Shown here piece after piece: positions 1 through 13,929 of a stretch of DNA of 64,000 nucleotides. Every line of letters starts with the position of its first letter. The first letter of the stretch is position 1. The position numbers and the translations under genes are program-made. This DNA comes from the human T2T-CHM13v2.0 reference genome, Homo sapiens, in NCBI RefSeq assembly GCF_009914755.1, contig NC_060935.1. One strand, 5' to 3'. Under the pieces are notes generated by a model, which searched no databases, was not told the DNA's origin, and saw only the letters and a program-made list of their open reading frames with translations.

Positions 1-872
1 ATCTCCAAGCCTAGAAAGGATACATACTACACGCAGCGAAAATGCCAACCACTGATCCAGAATTTTCAAGATGGCACCTTTCCCCAAACTTCTATACCAT
101 TCATTAAACATAGACTGCAAACTGCTAGCCTGTAGACCAAATTCAACCTCTAAGTATTATTTGCTTAGGTGCCTAAGCATCTTTAAAAATTTGATTTAGT
201 TGGCAATACACTGGGAGGTTTCACATAAATATCTAGGTTTCCAGCTTCTCTGAAGAAATGAGAAAATCCATTCCCACATGGCAACAACCAGCTGGAGCTA
301 ACAGCTGTTAGACAGCATGCTGCTCCCCGCTACTGCCTTACACCCAGCCAGCTTCATGTGTGCATGTTATCTGCCTGCCATTCACATCGGTTCTCCTTGC
401 TCAGCAAATGTCCCACCTCAACCTCACACTCAATACCCTTATACAGGTTCCCTAATCAGAGTTCAGTAGGGCACCCACACTATAGCTGGGCAATCCCTGG
501 ATGCTGTGATATTTGTTAACCATTATGTTCTTTCCAACCACGGGAACCTTCCTAAGAGCTCAAGAGCTTCACTGCTGGATAAAAACAGTTCCTGATCCCG
601 GATTCTGACCTTTAGTTTTCCTTTTCCAGTCACTGCCCCAGTCTGCCTGGCCCTGGGCTCTGTTCCATATTGGCAATGAGAGCCCACGGCAGGGAGACTT
701 CCAGCAGGCTTTTCCACAGTGCAGCCAAACTATCAGTAAATAGACTTTGTTCTCCATTAAAAGCCCTGTAGCAGCTGAGTTGCTTTACCTTATCCCACCT
801 GGCTCTTACGCAGTCTGTTCCAAGTGAGAAGTTAGCAGAGTCCTGTAAACAAAGAACAGTTCAGGGGCCAAC

Positions 873-960
873 CTGCGCTCCCAGGTGCCAGGATGCTCTC
901 AGGGTCTTCACTGTGCTCCCAGGTGCCAGGGTGCTCCCATGGTCTTCACTGTGCTCCCAG
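873..960. repeat. 38-bp tandem repeat, 2.3 copies, spanning the RPUSD4 stop codon
   Basis: Copies at 873-910 and 911-948, partial copy at 949-960. Confidence 0.9.
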
Positions 961-1185
961 ACACTTGGCTTCATTGTTCTCATTTTGATCCTCATTTGGC
1001 ATCTCTAAACGCAGGCGGTGCAGGGAATGCACAAAGAAGCGAGGAAGTTTGCAGACCAAGTTGAGTTCCTCCTTCCCGGACCCCAGGGCAGGCAGGATCA
1101 GCTGCCGGGCGTGCAGGTGAAGGGGGATGTAGCGGGCCTTCGACTGTTCTAGCCCCAGCTTCTTCAGGGTGCCCACAGACAGCTT
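946..1185 (-). CDS. RPUSD4: RPUSD4 coding exon 7 (last): KLSVGTLKK...LHLHARQL...CLGAQ*
   Basis: Acceptor AG at 1186-1187 (minus strand); TGA at 946-948; contains RluA motif IIIa LHARQL. The seven exons sum to 1134 nt = 377 aa + stop. Confidence 0.97.
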   Translation of the reverse strand, partial: KLSVGTLKKLGLEQSKARYIPLHLHARQLILPALGSGKEELNLVCKLPRFFVHSLHRLRLEMPNEDQNENNEAKCLGAQ

Positions 1186-1758
1186 CTATACAAAGAAAGG
1201 ACAGACCCTTGAGAGCAAGGCCAACAGTCCACCCTTGACGAACATGCAAGGTCAGGGCACTTCTACTTACAGGGAACCAAAACTAACCCCCTGGAAGACA
1301 CAGTAATGGAGAGTCTGCTTCAGTGGCATGTCTAAGAACGGCTCAGAACTCAGGTAAGGGAAAAATGACCACACCAAGACATTCTTTTTGGCCAGTGCTT
1401 TTTGGCCTAACAAGAGAATGGGCTGTGGTATAAGGATGAAAAGGCTTTCCCTGCGGTTTTTTAGTAGCACCATGAAAAGCTGCTCCCAGCCTTCAGAAAC
1501 ACCCCTCCCCTTGTCCACAGCCTCCCAACAAAATCTGAATAAACAAATGTAACAGTAAGCTTTTCACTAACAGATCCTGCAGTTCCACAAGGACAGTAAC
1601 CAACTGCTCCTAAATTTCTCTAAAATCAAGATAATGAGCTTGGTATCATGTCTGAAGACAATCAGTAGGCTTTGTTGTAACTCATTTCAGAGTTTTAAGA
1701 AAAGGAACGCCTAAGTTCTCTCCCGTATCTGCTGCACATTGGGTCAAATTAGTATTAC

Positions 1759-1856
1759 CTGGGGGGCCAACCTATTCCAGTCTGAGTACTTGTGATCACC
1801 AAGGATTGGACAATCCAATCCAAAAGACAAGTGAACTCGAAGCTGATGTTTTATTC
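1759..1856 (-). CDS. RPUSD4: RPUSD4 exon 6: (G)[32 protein letters not shown]
   Basis: (TC)n pyrimidine tract plus AG acceptor and GTAAT donor; 98 nt, phase-consistent; pseudouridine synthase motif III HQLRVH and PILGDxKY. Confidence 0.97.
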
Positions 1857-2189
1857 CTTAAAAGAGAGAGAGAGAGAAAGAGAGAAAACTCGTGAGGAGC
1901 TACAGAAACAATACCAGTATTGGCATCTGCTTCAAATCGTGTTACATCAAAGTGCAGTAAACTGGCCAAGTCCCAACTATAATAAAGTATAACGAATAAT
2001 ATAGCAAACTATAAGTTATGTAGCACCAGCCAGTTTAGGAAGTAAACGCCGTAAATACTCTAAGTACCTCTCCCCACCACAATTCCCTCTTTCCACCATA
2101 GATAACCATTATCATGAACTTGCCGTCTACCATTACCCCAACTTTTTAGTAATTTTACTACATAAGTAGTATTGATTTGCACATTATTT

Positions 2190-2790
2190 GAATTGTAGTA
2201 ACATATACATAAAATTTCCTGGTTTAACCACTGGCATTATACTAAATGCCAAGTCAGTGACATTAGGTGTATTCACACTGTTTTTGCAACCACCACCACC
2301 ATCCATCTCTAGAACTTTCTCAGCTTCCCAAACTGAAACTCTGGACCCATTAAACAACAATTCCCTATTTATCTCCCCTCCTTTACCCTACCCTAAGATT
2401 TTGGCAACCACCATCTACTTTCTGTCTCTATACATCTGACTCTTCTAGGTACCTCACATGAGTGGAATCATATAATATTTGCCCTTTTGTGCCTGGCTTA
2501 TTTTACTTAGCATAATGTTTTCAAGGTGCATCCATATTGTAGCATGTGTCAGAATTTCCCTTCCTTTAATTCTTTTAAAGCTGAAAATAACATTCTATTT
2601 TATGTGTATGCTACATTTTGTTTCTCCATTCATCCCCCAATGGTCACTGGGATTATCTTCACATTTTGTTGCTGTGAATAACGCTGCTATGAATATGTGT
2701 GCAAATATTTGATTTTTGGGGTATATACCCAGAAGTGGAACTGCTGGATCTTACAATAATTCTGTTTAATCGTTTTGAGGAACCACTCTA
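2190..2790 (-). mobile_element. Old L1 (L1M-type) 3' fragment
   Basis: Typical antisense L1M 3'-end text (ttcacactgtttttgcaaccaccaccaccatccatctc; gtggaatcatataatatttgcccttttgtgcctggcttatttt; tatacccagaagtggaactgctggatc). Confidence 0.8.
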
Positions 2791-2995
2791 CACAGTTTTA
2801 AATAGAGGCATTCAACCTGTTTGTATTCTTCTGCTAGCCACAACCATCTCTATGGGAGTCCCCGGCCTCAGATCAGCACCAGAAGCACATTCTCACACAA
2901 GTCAGCCACACTACTAGCTGCTCAGAACGAGGCCCTGGACAAAACCTGGTGGCACAGGGTTTTGTGATCCCACTGCGGAAAAGTGACACTCTCAC

Positions 2996-3140
2996 CAGTG
3001 ATGGGCTGGAGCTCCACGAGGGCGGAGGAGAGAGTGCTGCTGAGCACCTGGTACTGAGTTACAGCAACTTGCGCATTCCGGCTGCGCCGCACTTTCACCA
3101 TTTTCCCATCGTCCATGCGGTAGCTCGGGGACAATGTCAT
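2996..3140 (-). CDS. RPUSD4: RPUSD4 exon 5: MTLSPSYR...ELQPIT(G)
   Basis: Matches ORF 2922..3140; AG/GTGAG boundaries; 145 nt, phase-consistent. Confidence 0.96.
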
Positions 3141-3215
3141 CTGAAGCCAAAGAAATCAAGATATGATTCCCAAGGAAGAGCAGCAACCCATGCCTCAGGG
3201 AGGCTGCTCGCTCAC

Positions 3216-3309
3216 CTTGTGGTGTTGCTGCTGGCCTTGCGCCTCCTTCTCCACAATGGGGATGTCCACGACTCCTGCTGAGGGCATGGGGACATGCACA
3301 GTGATGGCC
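3216..3309 (-). CDS. RPUSD4: RPUSD4 exon 4: (W)AITVHVPMPSAGVVDIPIVEKEAQGQQQHHK
   Basis: CCCCAG acceptor and GTGAGC donor; 94 nt; restores frame with its neighbours. Confidence 0.96.
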
Positions 3310-3797
3310 CTGGGGGTGACACAGATCACTGCTTTAGCCAACCAAGCCAGAGAAGAACTCCTAGATTTGGCCACTTAGAGGATTTCACGCTGGACCTTCT
3401 GCACTAACATGTGATTTCTTATGATTGAAGGATCGTGCAAGATTCTCTTGGTGTAATGCTTAGCCTGAGAGCTGACAGATTTCACAAGCTTATCTTTTTT
3501 ACTACTAAAGTCATACATGCTAATTGTAGAATATTTGGGGTAAAAAAAGAAAAAAATTACATTAATAACATGGTCTTTCCAGTCTTTAAAAATGGATATG
3601 TACAGTTAAAATAAAATTATGGTAATATAGTTTTGTATTTTTTTTCAAATAATAAAAGATTGTAGATTCTGACTGCATGGTAAATGAACAAATGAATAAT
3701 TGGATGAATGAACCTAATAAAACATTCAGAGAACCGTTCCTGGCTCATTTGCCACATAGGTAAAACAGGAGGGAACTGTACCCGAAGAAGTCACAGG

Positions 3798-4182
<385 letters not shown>

Positions 4183-4994
4183 TCACAGACAGGTAGAAGA
4201 CTGTTTAATCTGTCTGTAAATTTATGCCTCTTTCAGGTCAATGATGGAAAAGTCCATCTGGGTACCTGGTGGTCGGTTGTATAATCACTAACCACGGGGT
4301 CAAAATCCTACTCACACACACTATTTCACAACGCAGACACTCCACTTCAGTTTCAGCTACTATCTGGTACATTTTATCGTATTTTACAGATTTTGTAGAT
4401 CTTCTGTGACAAGAATGTCCTTCCTAATGATATGACACTACAACTCAAGAATGTTCAATCAGCAAGACCCAACTGATTGATTTCAATTCCTCCATGAACC
4501 TGATACCGAGAATGGTTACCAATTTTGAACCTTAATGGACATTTTTCACAAATAACATAACATGTATTTTATAGTCTTAATATTTTGATTGCTTGAATAG
4601 AAAAATAAGTCTCTATTTTTTATTTTTTAACTTTTCCTATGAACTAGGTACTGTGTTAAACATTTCACAAGAATCAATCTTATTTAACTATCTCATAAAT
4701 CCTACTGTTTCCATTTTTCAGATGAAGAAAACAAAGCTTATGGACATTTAATAACCTGCCCAAGGCCCCACAGCTGTTAAATGACACAGTTGAGAGTTGA
4801 ACACACATCTTTTTGAGGTCTTAGCTACTGTCCTAAATTCCTCCATTCTCCATAATCTTATCATAGTTCTTAAATTTGATTGTATATCAAATTTTAAAAT
4901 ACAGATGCCAATCCCCACAACCACCACACTTACGAATGAGAACTTCTGTGGGTAAGTCTCAATCATACATATTTTTAAAGGGCTCCTCAGATTC

Positions 4995-6020
4995 ACAAAG
5001 TATCTGCAAAATCTGTAATCTAAAAAGGACTAACATTCAAAATATAAAATGAATACTTACAAATCAAATAGAAAAGAATAAACAACCTGGGCCAGACACA
5101 GTGGCTCACGCCTGTGAGCTGTAAGCGCTGTAATCCTAGCACTTTGATGGACAGATCACTTTAGGTCAGGGGTTCAAGACCAGCCTGGCCAACAGGCTGA
5201 AACCCCATCTCTACTAAAAATACAAAAATTAGCTGGGCATGGTGGCATGTGCCTGTAATTCCAGCTAGCTGAAACATGAGAACCACTTGAACCAGGGAGG
5301 AGGTTGCAGTGAGCCAAGATTGTGCCACTGCCCTCCAGCCTGGGTGACACAGCAAGACTCCATCTCAAAAAAAAAAGGCCAGGCACGGTCTTAAATAAAA
5401 AAAAATAATAATAATAAACAACCCTGTAGAAAAATAGGCAAAAGAAATAATCAGTCTGTTCCCAAAAGGGAAACTCAAATAGCCAATAAACATGTAAAAA
5501 ACATGTAAATTGATAGCCAATATCACTGTTATACAAGGAAATAGAAAATATCTTTTTTTTTTTTAACTTATCACAGTGGCAAACCCTTTAAAAATGCTTT
5601 GGCTGATAAGGGGAGGTGGGTACTCACCACTGCTGGTGGGAATGTAAACTGATAAAAAACCTTTGTGGAGAGCAATGTGAGTACTATTAAAATTTAAATA
5701 TACAAACCATTCAGCCCAGCGATTCAATTTTTAGAAATTTATCTTAAAAATACATTCACATATTCTTTGCAATAGGCTCTAAAAAATGAGAAATTACCTA
5801 AATATCCATCCATACAGCGGTATTTCACAGAGCAATTAAAAAGGAGACAGCTCTAAACGTATGACACAAAATGCTCTAAGATATATGATCCAAGTGAAAA
5901 CTGTAGGGTACAAAACTCTGTGTGAAATACACTAGCATACAGTAATATGCTTATATATGCTCGATAACTCTGGAAGTTTACAGAAGACACCAGTCACAGC
6001 GATTGACGCTGGGGAAGGCA
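4995..6020 (+). mobile_element. Old L1 fragment interrupted by an Alu (about 5090-5376)
   Basis: L1-like ctggtgggaatgtaaactg...ctttgtggagagcaat, with an Alu in the middle. Confidence 0.65.
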
Positions 6021-6212
6021 ACTGCACAGATGGGGAATAGAGGGTTTCTTTTTTGCTCACGCATCTTTTTTCTATGAAAAACACTGAGGTAAACCTCTAT
6101 GTGCTAACACAGGATGATCCCCAAGACATAGAGTTGAGCAGAGGAAAAAAGTATAATGTAAATTGTACAATGTGATATATATATAGATATATATGTGTAC
6201 ATACATATGTAC

Positions 6213-6332
6213 ACATGCATATACTGCATACACCAGACACGCATATACTGCGTACACCAGACACGCATATTCTGCGTATGCCGGACACGCGTATACTGCG
6301 TACACCGCACACGCGTATACTGTATACACTAG
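6213..6332. repeat. 24-bp minisatellite, 5 copies (acacgcatatactgcgtacaccag)
   Basis: Units begin at 6213, 6237, 6261, 6285 and 6309. Confidence 0.92.
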
Positions 6333-6524
6333 ACATATATGTAAATGCGTTGAGTAAGAACCAGAGGAAAAAAAACCAAACTGATTACATGGGTTGTTAC
6401 CTCAAGAGAAAACACTAGAATGGCAGAATGGGTGGATTCTCCAGGAGTTTTTCACATGATCTTTGTTGTTTGACTATTTTTAGCATGGGAATAAAATCAT
6501 ATATTACTTGTATAATTAATTAAT

Positions 6525-6820
<296 letters not shown>

Positions 6821-7048
6821 TGCTTGTATAATTAATTTTTGATAATTTTGATGTATACCAGAATTAAGAACCACTGTTCTATCAGACTTAATATTCTAAG
6901 CACCAAAGCTGTTTCACATATTTTTTACAATCTCGCAGGTCATAGTGCAGTGCCTTCTATTAATGGGAGTTTCTGTTTTTAATGAATAAATAGGTGAAAG
7001 AAATGCCTCCACTTATACCACCTCTACTGCCATCAGCAGGCCTCATAC

Positions 7049-7250
7049 CAGTACTTCTTCACCACCTGACGGGTTCTAAACAACTCTTGGACTTGATGTG
7101 CCATGTCCTTGTCCCAAGCCAACACCATTACACCTGTGGTTTCCTTGTCCAGCCGGTGGCACAGATGCAAGGGCTCTGCCTTGTGGCCATGAAGCATCTT
7201 TGCCAGGATAGGTAGTACATCAGTGATGCAGAGCTGGACCCCAGGGCCAC
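7049..7250 (-). CDS. RPUSD4: RPUSD4 exon 3 with catalytic HRLD153 motif
   Basis: ORF 7033..7269; [10 protein letters not shown] (RluA motif II, catalytic Asp) and KKYW (motif IIa); AG/GTATG boundaries; 202 nt. Confidence 0.98.
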
Positions 7251-7357
7251 CTAAGAAGGAAAAAGCCAAAGGTTTGAGCGGCCAGGAAAAGATCTCGCCA
7301 AAGAACTCTCCTTGGGAGAAAAGCCCTTAATGGATAAACTGTCAATATTTTCTAGAG

Positions 7358-7520
7358 CCTTACTACTGAAGTGTGGTCCAGAGACTAGCAACAATGGCAT
7401 GTCTAGGGAGCTTATTAGAAGTGAATCTCAGGCTCTCAACCTAGACTACTCAGTCAGAATCTGCATTTTACAAGCTGCCCAAGTGATTCAGAAGCATATT
7501 AAAGTTTGAGAAACACCATT
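7358..7520. mobile_element. MER5A-like hAT-Charlie MITE
   Basis: aagtgtggtcc...gagcttattagaa...tcagaatctgcattttacaag...aaagtttgagaaacac. Confidence 0.75.
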
Positions 7521-8040
7521 CTAGAGCATGTGGCTTCCTCTCAGACATACTTTGAAAAACCATGAGGCCTTTGAGAAGCATTAAATAAGAGTGATTAGGA
7601 GGATAGACTTCGGGGTTAGACATTCCTGGGGTTCTACTCTACTCTTCTTACTAGCCATTTTTTTGACCTTGGACACATTACTTCTCTTTCCAACTTTGCT
7701 TTCTCGTTATAAAATGTAAATATCTGGAAAACAACTTCATTGGGGAATGGAAAGGCAAAAAACTGTTGCGAAAATAAAGAGAGAAAAAAATTATACAAAC
7801 ACTTGGTGATGTGATTTAATTCCTTGTCTTTGTGAACAACTATCTCCGTATCTCCCCAAAAAGCATTACCTTCTTCTAGCTAAAATGGGCCTTTTCCCTC
7901 TTTCACAAATGCATTTTTTAAATCAATCTTTCCTGATTCACTTCAGCTGTCCCTGACAACTACATGCAACATCTGTTGAAAGACATTTGAAGGTCCACTA
8001 AATTCCAGTCACTTTGGGGTTGTATGTTACATATACTCCA

Positions 8041-8084
<44 letters not shown>
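8041..8084. repeat. (CA)n microsatellite
   Basis: Direct reading of the sequence. Confidence 0.95.
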
Positions 8085-8091
<7 letters not shown>

Positions 8092-8421
8092 TCTTATGTA
8101 TCATTTTCTCATTCCCAGTTCTGATGGAAGATAACCTTTAGTCTAGAACCACACAGCCTTTGTATATCTCTACAGCGATCCCTGTAGTCTGCACACAGCG
8201 TATTCTACGAATTGCTTACTGTCAGATGTTTAGAAAGGGAGGACTGTCTTATTTATTTATTTCTGTGTTCTCGGTGGTTCCTTATATTGGACGGTAGTTT
8301 ACAAAAGTTTAATTAATTTGAATGCAAGGCTTTAGAGTGCACCACAAGTAACGTCTCAGTTTTCCTCGGTTGTAGCAGAAAGCAGCTGCAGGTCCCTCCA
8401 CCTTTCCCGCGTGGTCCTTAC

Positions 8422-8587
8422 CATGCACAGGGAGACCGTAGGGCTTATTGATGACCACAAGGTTCTTGTCCTGGTGGAGAATTCCTCGGGTCAGTGCCTT
8501 AGCAAGCACGTTGGGGTGGACTCGCTGCAGCTGCCGTGTGAACCGCACTATTTCTTGCACTCTCCGCTGAACAGCGTTTGTGGACAC
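8422..8587 (-). CDS. RPUSD4: RPUSD4 exon 2: VSTNAVQRR...INKPYGLPVH(G)
   Basis: Motif I NKPxGLxVH; CCCTAG acceptor and GTAAGG donor; 166 nt. Confidence 0.97.
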
Positions 8588-8981
8588 CTAGGGAGAAAGA
8601 AGGAGCCGTGGGGAATGCCTGGTGCGGAAGCCGTGGAGAAGACCTTCCATAAAGGTCTGGGTGAGAATCTGAGTAGGGAATGACTATCTTTGCATCAGAC
8701 CCGCGCCGCCTTCGACTAATTTGAGAGCAGAGATACCCATCTGTCTAACCTGCGTACCGACGCAGTGGTTAGGACTGAGCCTGACAGTAGCCAAAGATCC
8801 AGCTCACGGGAAAACACCGTACCCTTACTGACCCCTCCCCTCCGCCTTCTCCCCATTCTCCCACCTTGCGTCCGGGCTATTGACTCACACGCTTTCACTC
8901 AGAGGACCCTCCTACCTACTCCCCGTCTGGGAAACCAATGAGCGCACTGCCTCTAGGGAGTTCTGGTCCCTTCGGACTCAC

Positions 8982-9170
8982 CGGCTCCTTCTTTGTGTCT
9001 TGTTCCCGTTTCTGGGCTCGGAGCTTCTCCGCTAATCTCCGGGCATTTATGGCCGTAGAGGCAGCGGCAGCGGCACAAAATGGCTTTGAGACGAGAGTGA
9101 AGAGACTCCCGCAACCTTGGCCGTTTCCCCGGATCCAGGGGCCCGACGCGCTCCACCTGGGCGCCGCCAT
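8982..9170 (-). CDS. RPUSD4: RPUSD4 exon 1 coding part: MAAPRWSASG...KKEP (presequence-like N-terminus)
   Basis: ATG at 9170-9168 in AAGATGG context; GTGAGT donor at 8981-8976; 189 nt; first ~45 aa lack acidic residues, as in mitochondrial targeting peptides. Confidence 0.97.
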
Positions 9171-9299
9171 CTTACAAGGAAGGGCGGGGCGAGCCAAGAC
9201 CACGTGGAGAAGGGCGACTACAATGAGGCGGGAGTGGGTGGGCCCTGCAGGTCACGTGGTGCGGGGTGGGGCCTGGGCGAGTCACGTGGGGACGGTGCG

Positions 9300-9362
9300 C
9301 GCTCAGTGCGGCTGCGCCGGCCGGTAGCTGCAGCTGGAGCAGTGGCGTTTGGAGGAGACTCG
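9300..9362 (+). other. FAM118B: FAM118B exon 1 (5' UTR; start approximate)
   Basis: Consensus donor CG|GTGAGT at 9362/9363 inside the CpG island; the TSS cannot be determined from sequence. Confidence 0.8.
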
Positions 9363-10468
9363 GTGAGTGTGTAGGGAAGCCGGGCTGGGGCTGGGAAATG
9401 CCGGTGCCTCAACGGTTTAACGTTTTCTGCGTCCCCGGGATTTCCGTTCAAGAAGAGCACTGGTCTGAGAAACGTTTCTCCTTTTGGTACACGATCCCAC
9501 TCAAAAACTCCTCCCCGCCCCCGCGCCCCCTTAGGAGCGATGTCCCATAAACGCTCGCCCCAGAGCCCTCCTAGGCACCGACGCCGTCCCTCTTAGCCAC
9601 TGAATCTCCGGTGATCCGCCAGTCCCCTGCGGGACGCGTCGGGGACCCTCTTGATCGGATGCCCGGATCTCTGTAGTCTCTCCACCCTTCATCTTCCAAC
9701 TCCCAGCCTCTTTGTTTCGCGTTGTAACCTGTACCCTTCTCCTAAGGATGACGGCCCCTTCCCTTATCCAGGGCCCCCAGCACCTATTTCCTACTTAGGA
9801 AGCACTGTGAGTGTTTTTTCTGCCCTTCCTCAAGAATTCATTTCTTGGGGGTCTTCTCCCTACCTTCCCTACTCCTCCTAAAGAAAAAGCTGAAAGAACG
9901 GAGCACAGACCTTCACTTTTCCTGTTTCCTTTATTTTTCCTCTCCATAGTTTGCAACCACACCATACCTCCTCTCACGAGATGCGATGTTGGGATTCCCT
10001 TGCCCGAACTGCAGGCGACTCCCTCTGATTTCACTCAGGGGTGGCTGGGAAGATAAACATCTGTTTGGGATGGTAGTGTTAAAAATAACTTGGGATATAC
10101 CTGCCATTTGTTAAGAGGAAAGCTTATGCTGAGTTCAGAAAGAATGTCCTGAAAACTAATGGATCTGTGACGATAGAAGGAACAATTTTTTAAGACTGCT
10201 TGGAATGAAGGCTGCCTGAGGAGTTATTAGAGAATAGGTAGTTGAATTAGATTTGGGTTCTACACCTCCTAAAGGGTTTGGCAGAAGGGAGCCGTACCAA
10301 CAAGAAACAAAGTTGATCAGGTGGAGCTACTCATAGAAGACTCAAGTTGAAGAGTTTGAACTAGAGGTGATACGTAGTGAGGAGTCTTTGAAGCTTTTCG
10401 AGTAGGGCAGAGAGACTCCTTGAAAGTGGAATTCTGGAAATGAATCTGGCAGTTGAATGCAGGACAGA

Positions 10469-10515
10469 TGGGGAAGGAAAGGGTTTGATAGTGGGGAAGG
10501 AAAGGGTTTGATAGT
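10469..10515. repeat. 23-bp direct duplication (tggggaaggaaagggtttgatag x2)
   Basis: Direct reading of the sequence. Confidence 0.85.
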
Positions 10516-11598
10516 AGGAAAACTAGTTACAATCTAGGTGGTCAGTGATGAGGTCTGGTCTTTTCCCCCTACACTGTAACTCCTTTGAGTTTGAATTAAT
10601 TGAGTTATGCAGGTCAAGGCGTACTCTTGGCAGCTGCTGTTGATCTGTGAGTCCCTGGAAGAATTTTTTTTTTTAATCCACTCACCTGGCACATAGTAAA
10701 CTCGATATCTGTTAGATGGCTGAAGTGCATCATAAATGTATGCTAGGTGTGTCTGAACATTTTGAATTGTCTTATTTCTGTCAATGTTTGGCCTGAAGAA
10801 TGAAGGTAGAGGAAGATGTATTTGTAAAGTGGGAAAGAAGCAAGGCTTGTGTACTTTTCTCTTATAAGGCAGGTGCAAATGCAGATCCAGATACAAATGC
10901 AAAGATTTCCAAGGGAGATTGGGAAACATCTGTTTCTCCTGTTCCCCACCCACCCCCTGCAAATTTACCAGTAGGACAGAGGTCTATAAAAGTTGAGAAA
11001 TTCCACCCTAAAAGAATTATTACCTTCCATGCTCCAGACCTAGGTTCTAATTTCACTTGAACATCACATATTACTTAGATACTTGAAGCTCAATTTTCCA
11101 AGGACCCTGAAGTTTTGACATCGGGACTTAAATTCATATCATTACATTAATTAAAAACTTGTTTTGGGTACAGGACTTTTATGGTTTTGTGTCGGGGATG
11201 GGAGAGGCTGTTTCTACCCTAACCTTATGGCATTCAAGAAACTACACCTGTTCTTGCAGAGTTGGCCTTCTGTGGCGGGAAACAAAATGAAGAACCAACT
11301 CAAATGTCATTGCTAGTGACACAGAGCTTATGCTCTAGGGTTTCAGGTTAACTCAAAGCACACACTTAGTGACTTAAGAATAAAAATATTGGTCCCTTTT
11401 TTCTGGAGAAGGAACTTTTAGGTTTGTCTTGTTGAAACTTTGTAGAGAAATTTAAAGAATTCAAAGTTTTTGTTTGGTATGACAGTGCAGCTTTAGCCAG
11501 TATGGGTACATAAGTTATGACATCCTTAATGTTTCTCCGGTGAGTCTAGGCACTTGGTGATTTAAAGTAGAGTTGTTCTCAGTATAAAGAATTTATGT

Positions 11599-11913
<315 letters not shown>

Positions 11914-11941
11914 TCATGTCTTTTTTTTTTTTTTTTTTCAA

Positions 11942-12009
11942 TTTTCAAAGAGCAATAATCACCCCTCAGATAAACCTCATTGGCTGCAATACTGCCACTG
12001 CAAAAAACT
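11942..12009 (-). pseudogene. U4 snRNA 3'-truncated retropseudogene (about nt 1-68) with poly(A) tail
   Basis: Minus strand reads AGTTTTTTGCAGTGGCAGTATTGCAGCCAATGAGGTTTATCTGAGGGGTGATTATTGCTCTTTGAAAA, matching the U4 5' domain; A-tract follows (T-run 11921-11938 on plus). Confidence 0.93.
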
Positions 12010-12033
12010 CTTTTGTTTCTGTTTTTTTTTTTT

Positions 12034-12073
<40 letters not shown>

Positions 12074-12959
12074 TCTATATTGCCTCCTCCCTGTTCCTCA
12101 TTCAGCTGGTCCTTTTTTAGGCAGTTCACTTTTCCACTTCTGCGCCAATGTCACAGTCCATTTGTTGGGAACTCCTCTTGTCTAAATGTTTTCTTAGAAC
12201 AAGGAAGGAAATTCTATTAGTGATTTCTTCATTCTTGCAGACTACGGCTCTGTTCAAACATGACTTATTTACATTGATTTTGATATATCATAATATGTGC
12301 CCCTAAAGTAACCATATAAAGAAGAACTTGATAGTTTCTTTTTAAAGATATTTCCTAGTCTATTCAGGAACAAAAAGGCTGCATTAGTATTTCGCAAATA
12401 TAAACAAACAAGGACTAACTAATAAAGGAACTTGCGTTTATCACAAATTTAAGGTTAATTAGTGGTATAAAGTTAAGTTACACCTCCTCAAACTGTGATT
12501 TGCTAGTTGCAGATTAACCAGCGATTCCATTTCCTTGAAGAGCAGGAAGTACTTGGACATTGTTTTATGGTTTTAGAGAGATTAAAGGAGGCAATTAGCA
12601 GGAACTCTTGGGAGGTGCCCTGGAAAGTACAGTCATTGGGAGCCAGGAGATGTGGGACTAGTTCCAGTTCAGCCGCTGTGTACTTGAACAAATAATTTGG
12701 GCTTCAGTTTTTTGTCATTTGAAAGATTTTTGCAACTCTGTTTCTAGTCTATGAAGATTTTCCACTGATACTGAAATACTTCTCTTTCAGCCCGAATTAG
12801 TGGGATTTATTTCAGATTTATCTTGAATACATTTAGCATTGATACTAAGAAACTGGATTCTGCTCTTGTCCCCAGAATTTAACTTTTTGCCACTGAGCTA
12901 ATGTTTATGTTTGGAGGTTACTTCATTGAGTGGTGTTGGAATATACTTTTAAGATTTCT

Positions 12960-13929
<970 letters not shown>

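Larger units (their letters stand above)
8690..9680. promoter_or_regulatory. CpG island / bidirectional promoter of RPUSD4 and FAM118B
   Basis: High GC and CpG density; the RPUSD4 ATG (9170) and the FAM118B exon 1 donor (9363) are under 200 bp apart on opposite strands; GC box at 9182-9190; CACGTG at 9201, 9253 and 9283; YY1-type AAGATGGCGGC over the RPUSD4 ATG. Confidence 0.9.

Noticed and set aside
1-945. RPUSD4 poly(A) signal
   Set aside because: No minus-strand AATAAA or ATTAAA was seen; the 3' end probably lies outside the window.
6072-6418. Repetitive ORFs such as VYAVYACL and HILRTPDT
   Set aside because: Translation artefacts of the 24-bp minisatellite.
9324-9362. CUG-initiated N-terminal extension of FAM118B if exon 2 is skipped
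   Set aside because: In-frame CTGs exist, but exon 2 inclusion brings an in-frame TGA and nothing in the sequence shows skipping or CUG use.
8938-9550. Overlapping ORFs in the promoter region
   Set aside because: Expected from stop-codon scarcity in a GC-rich CpG island.
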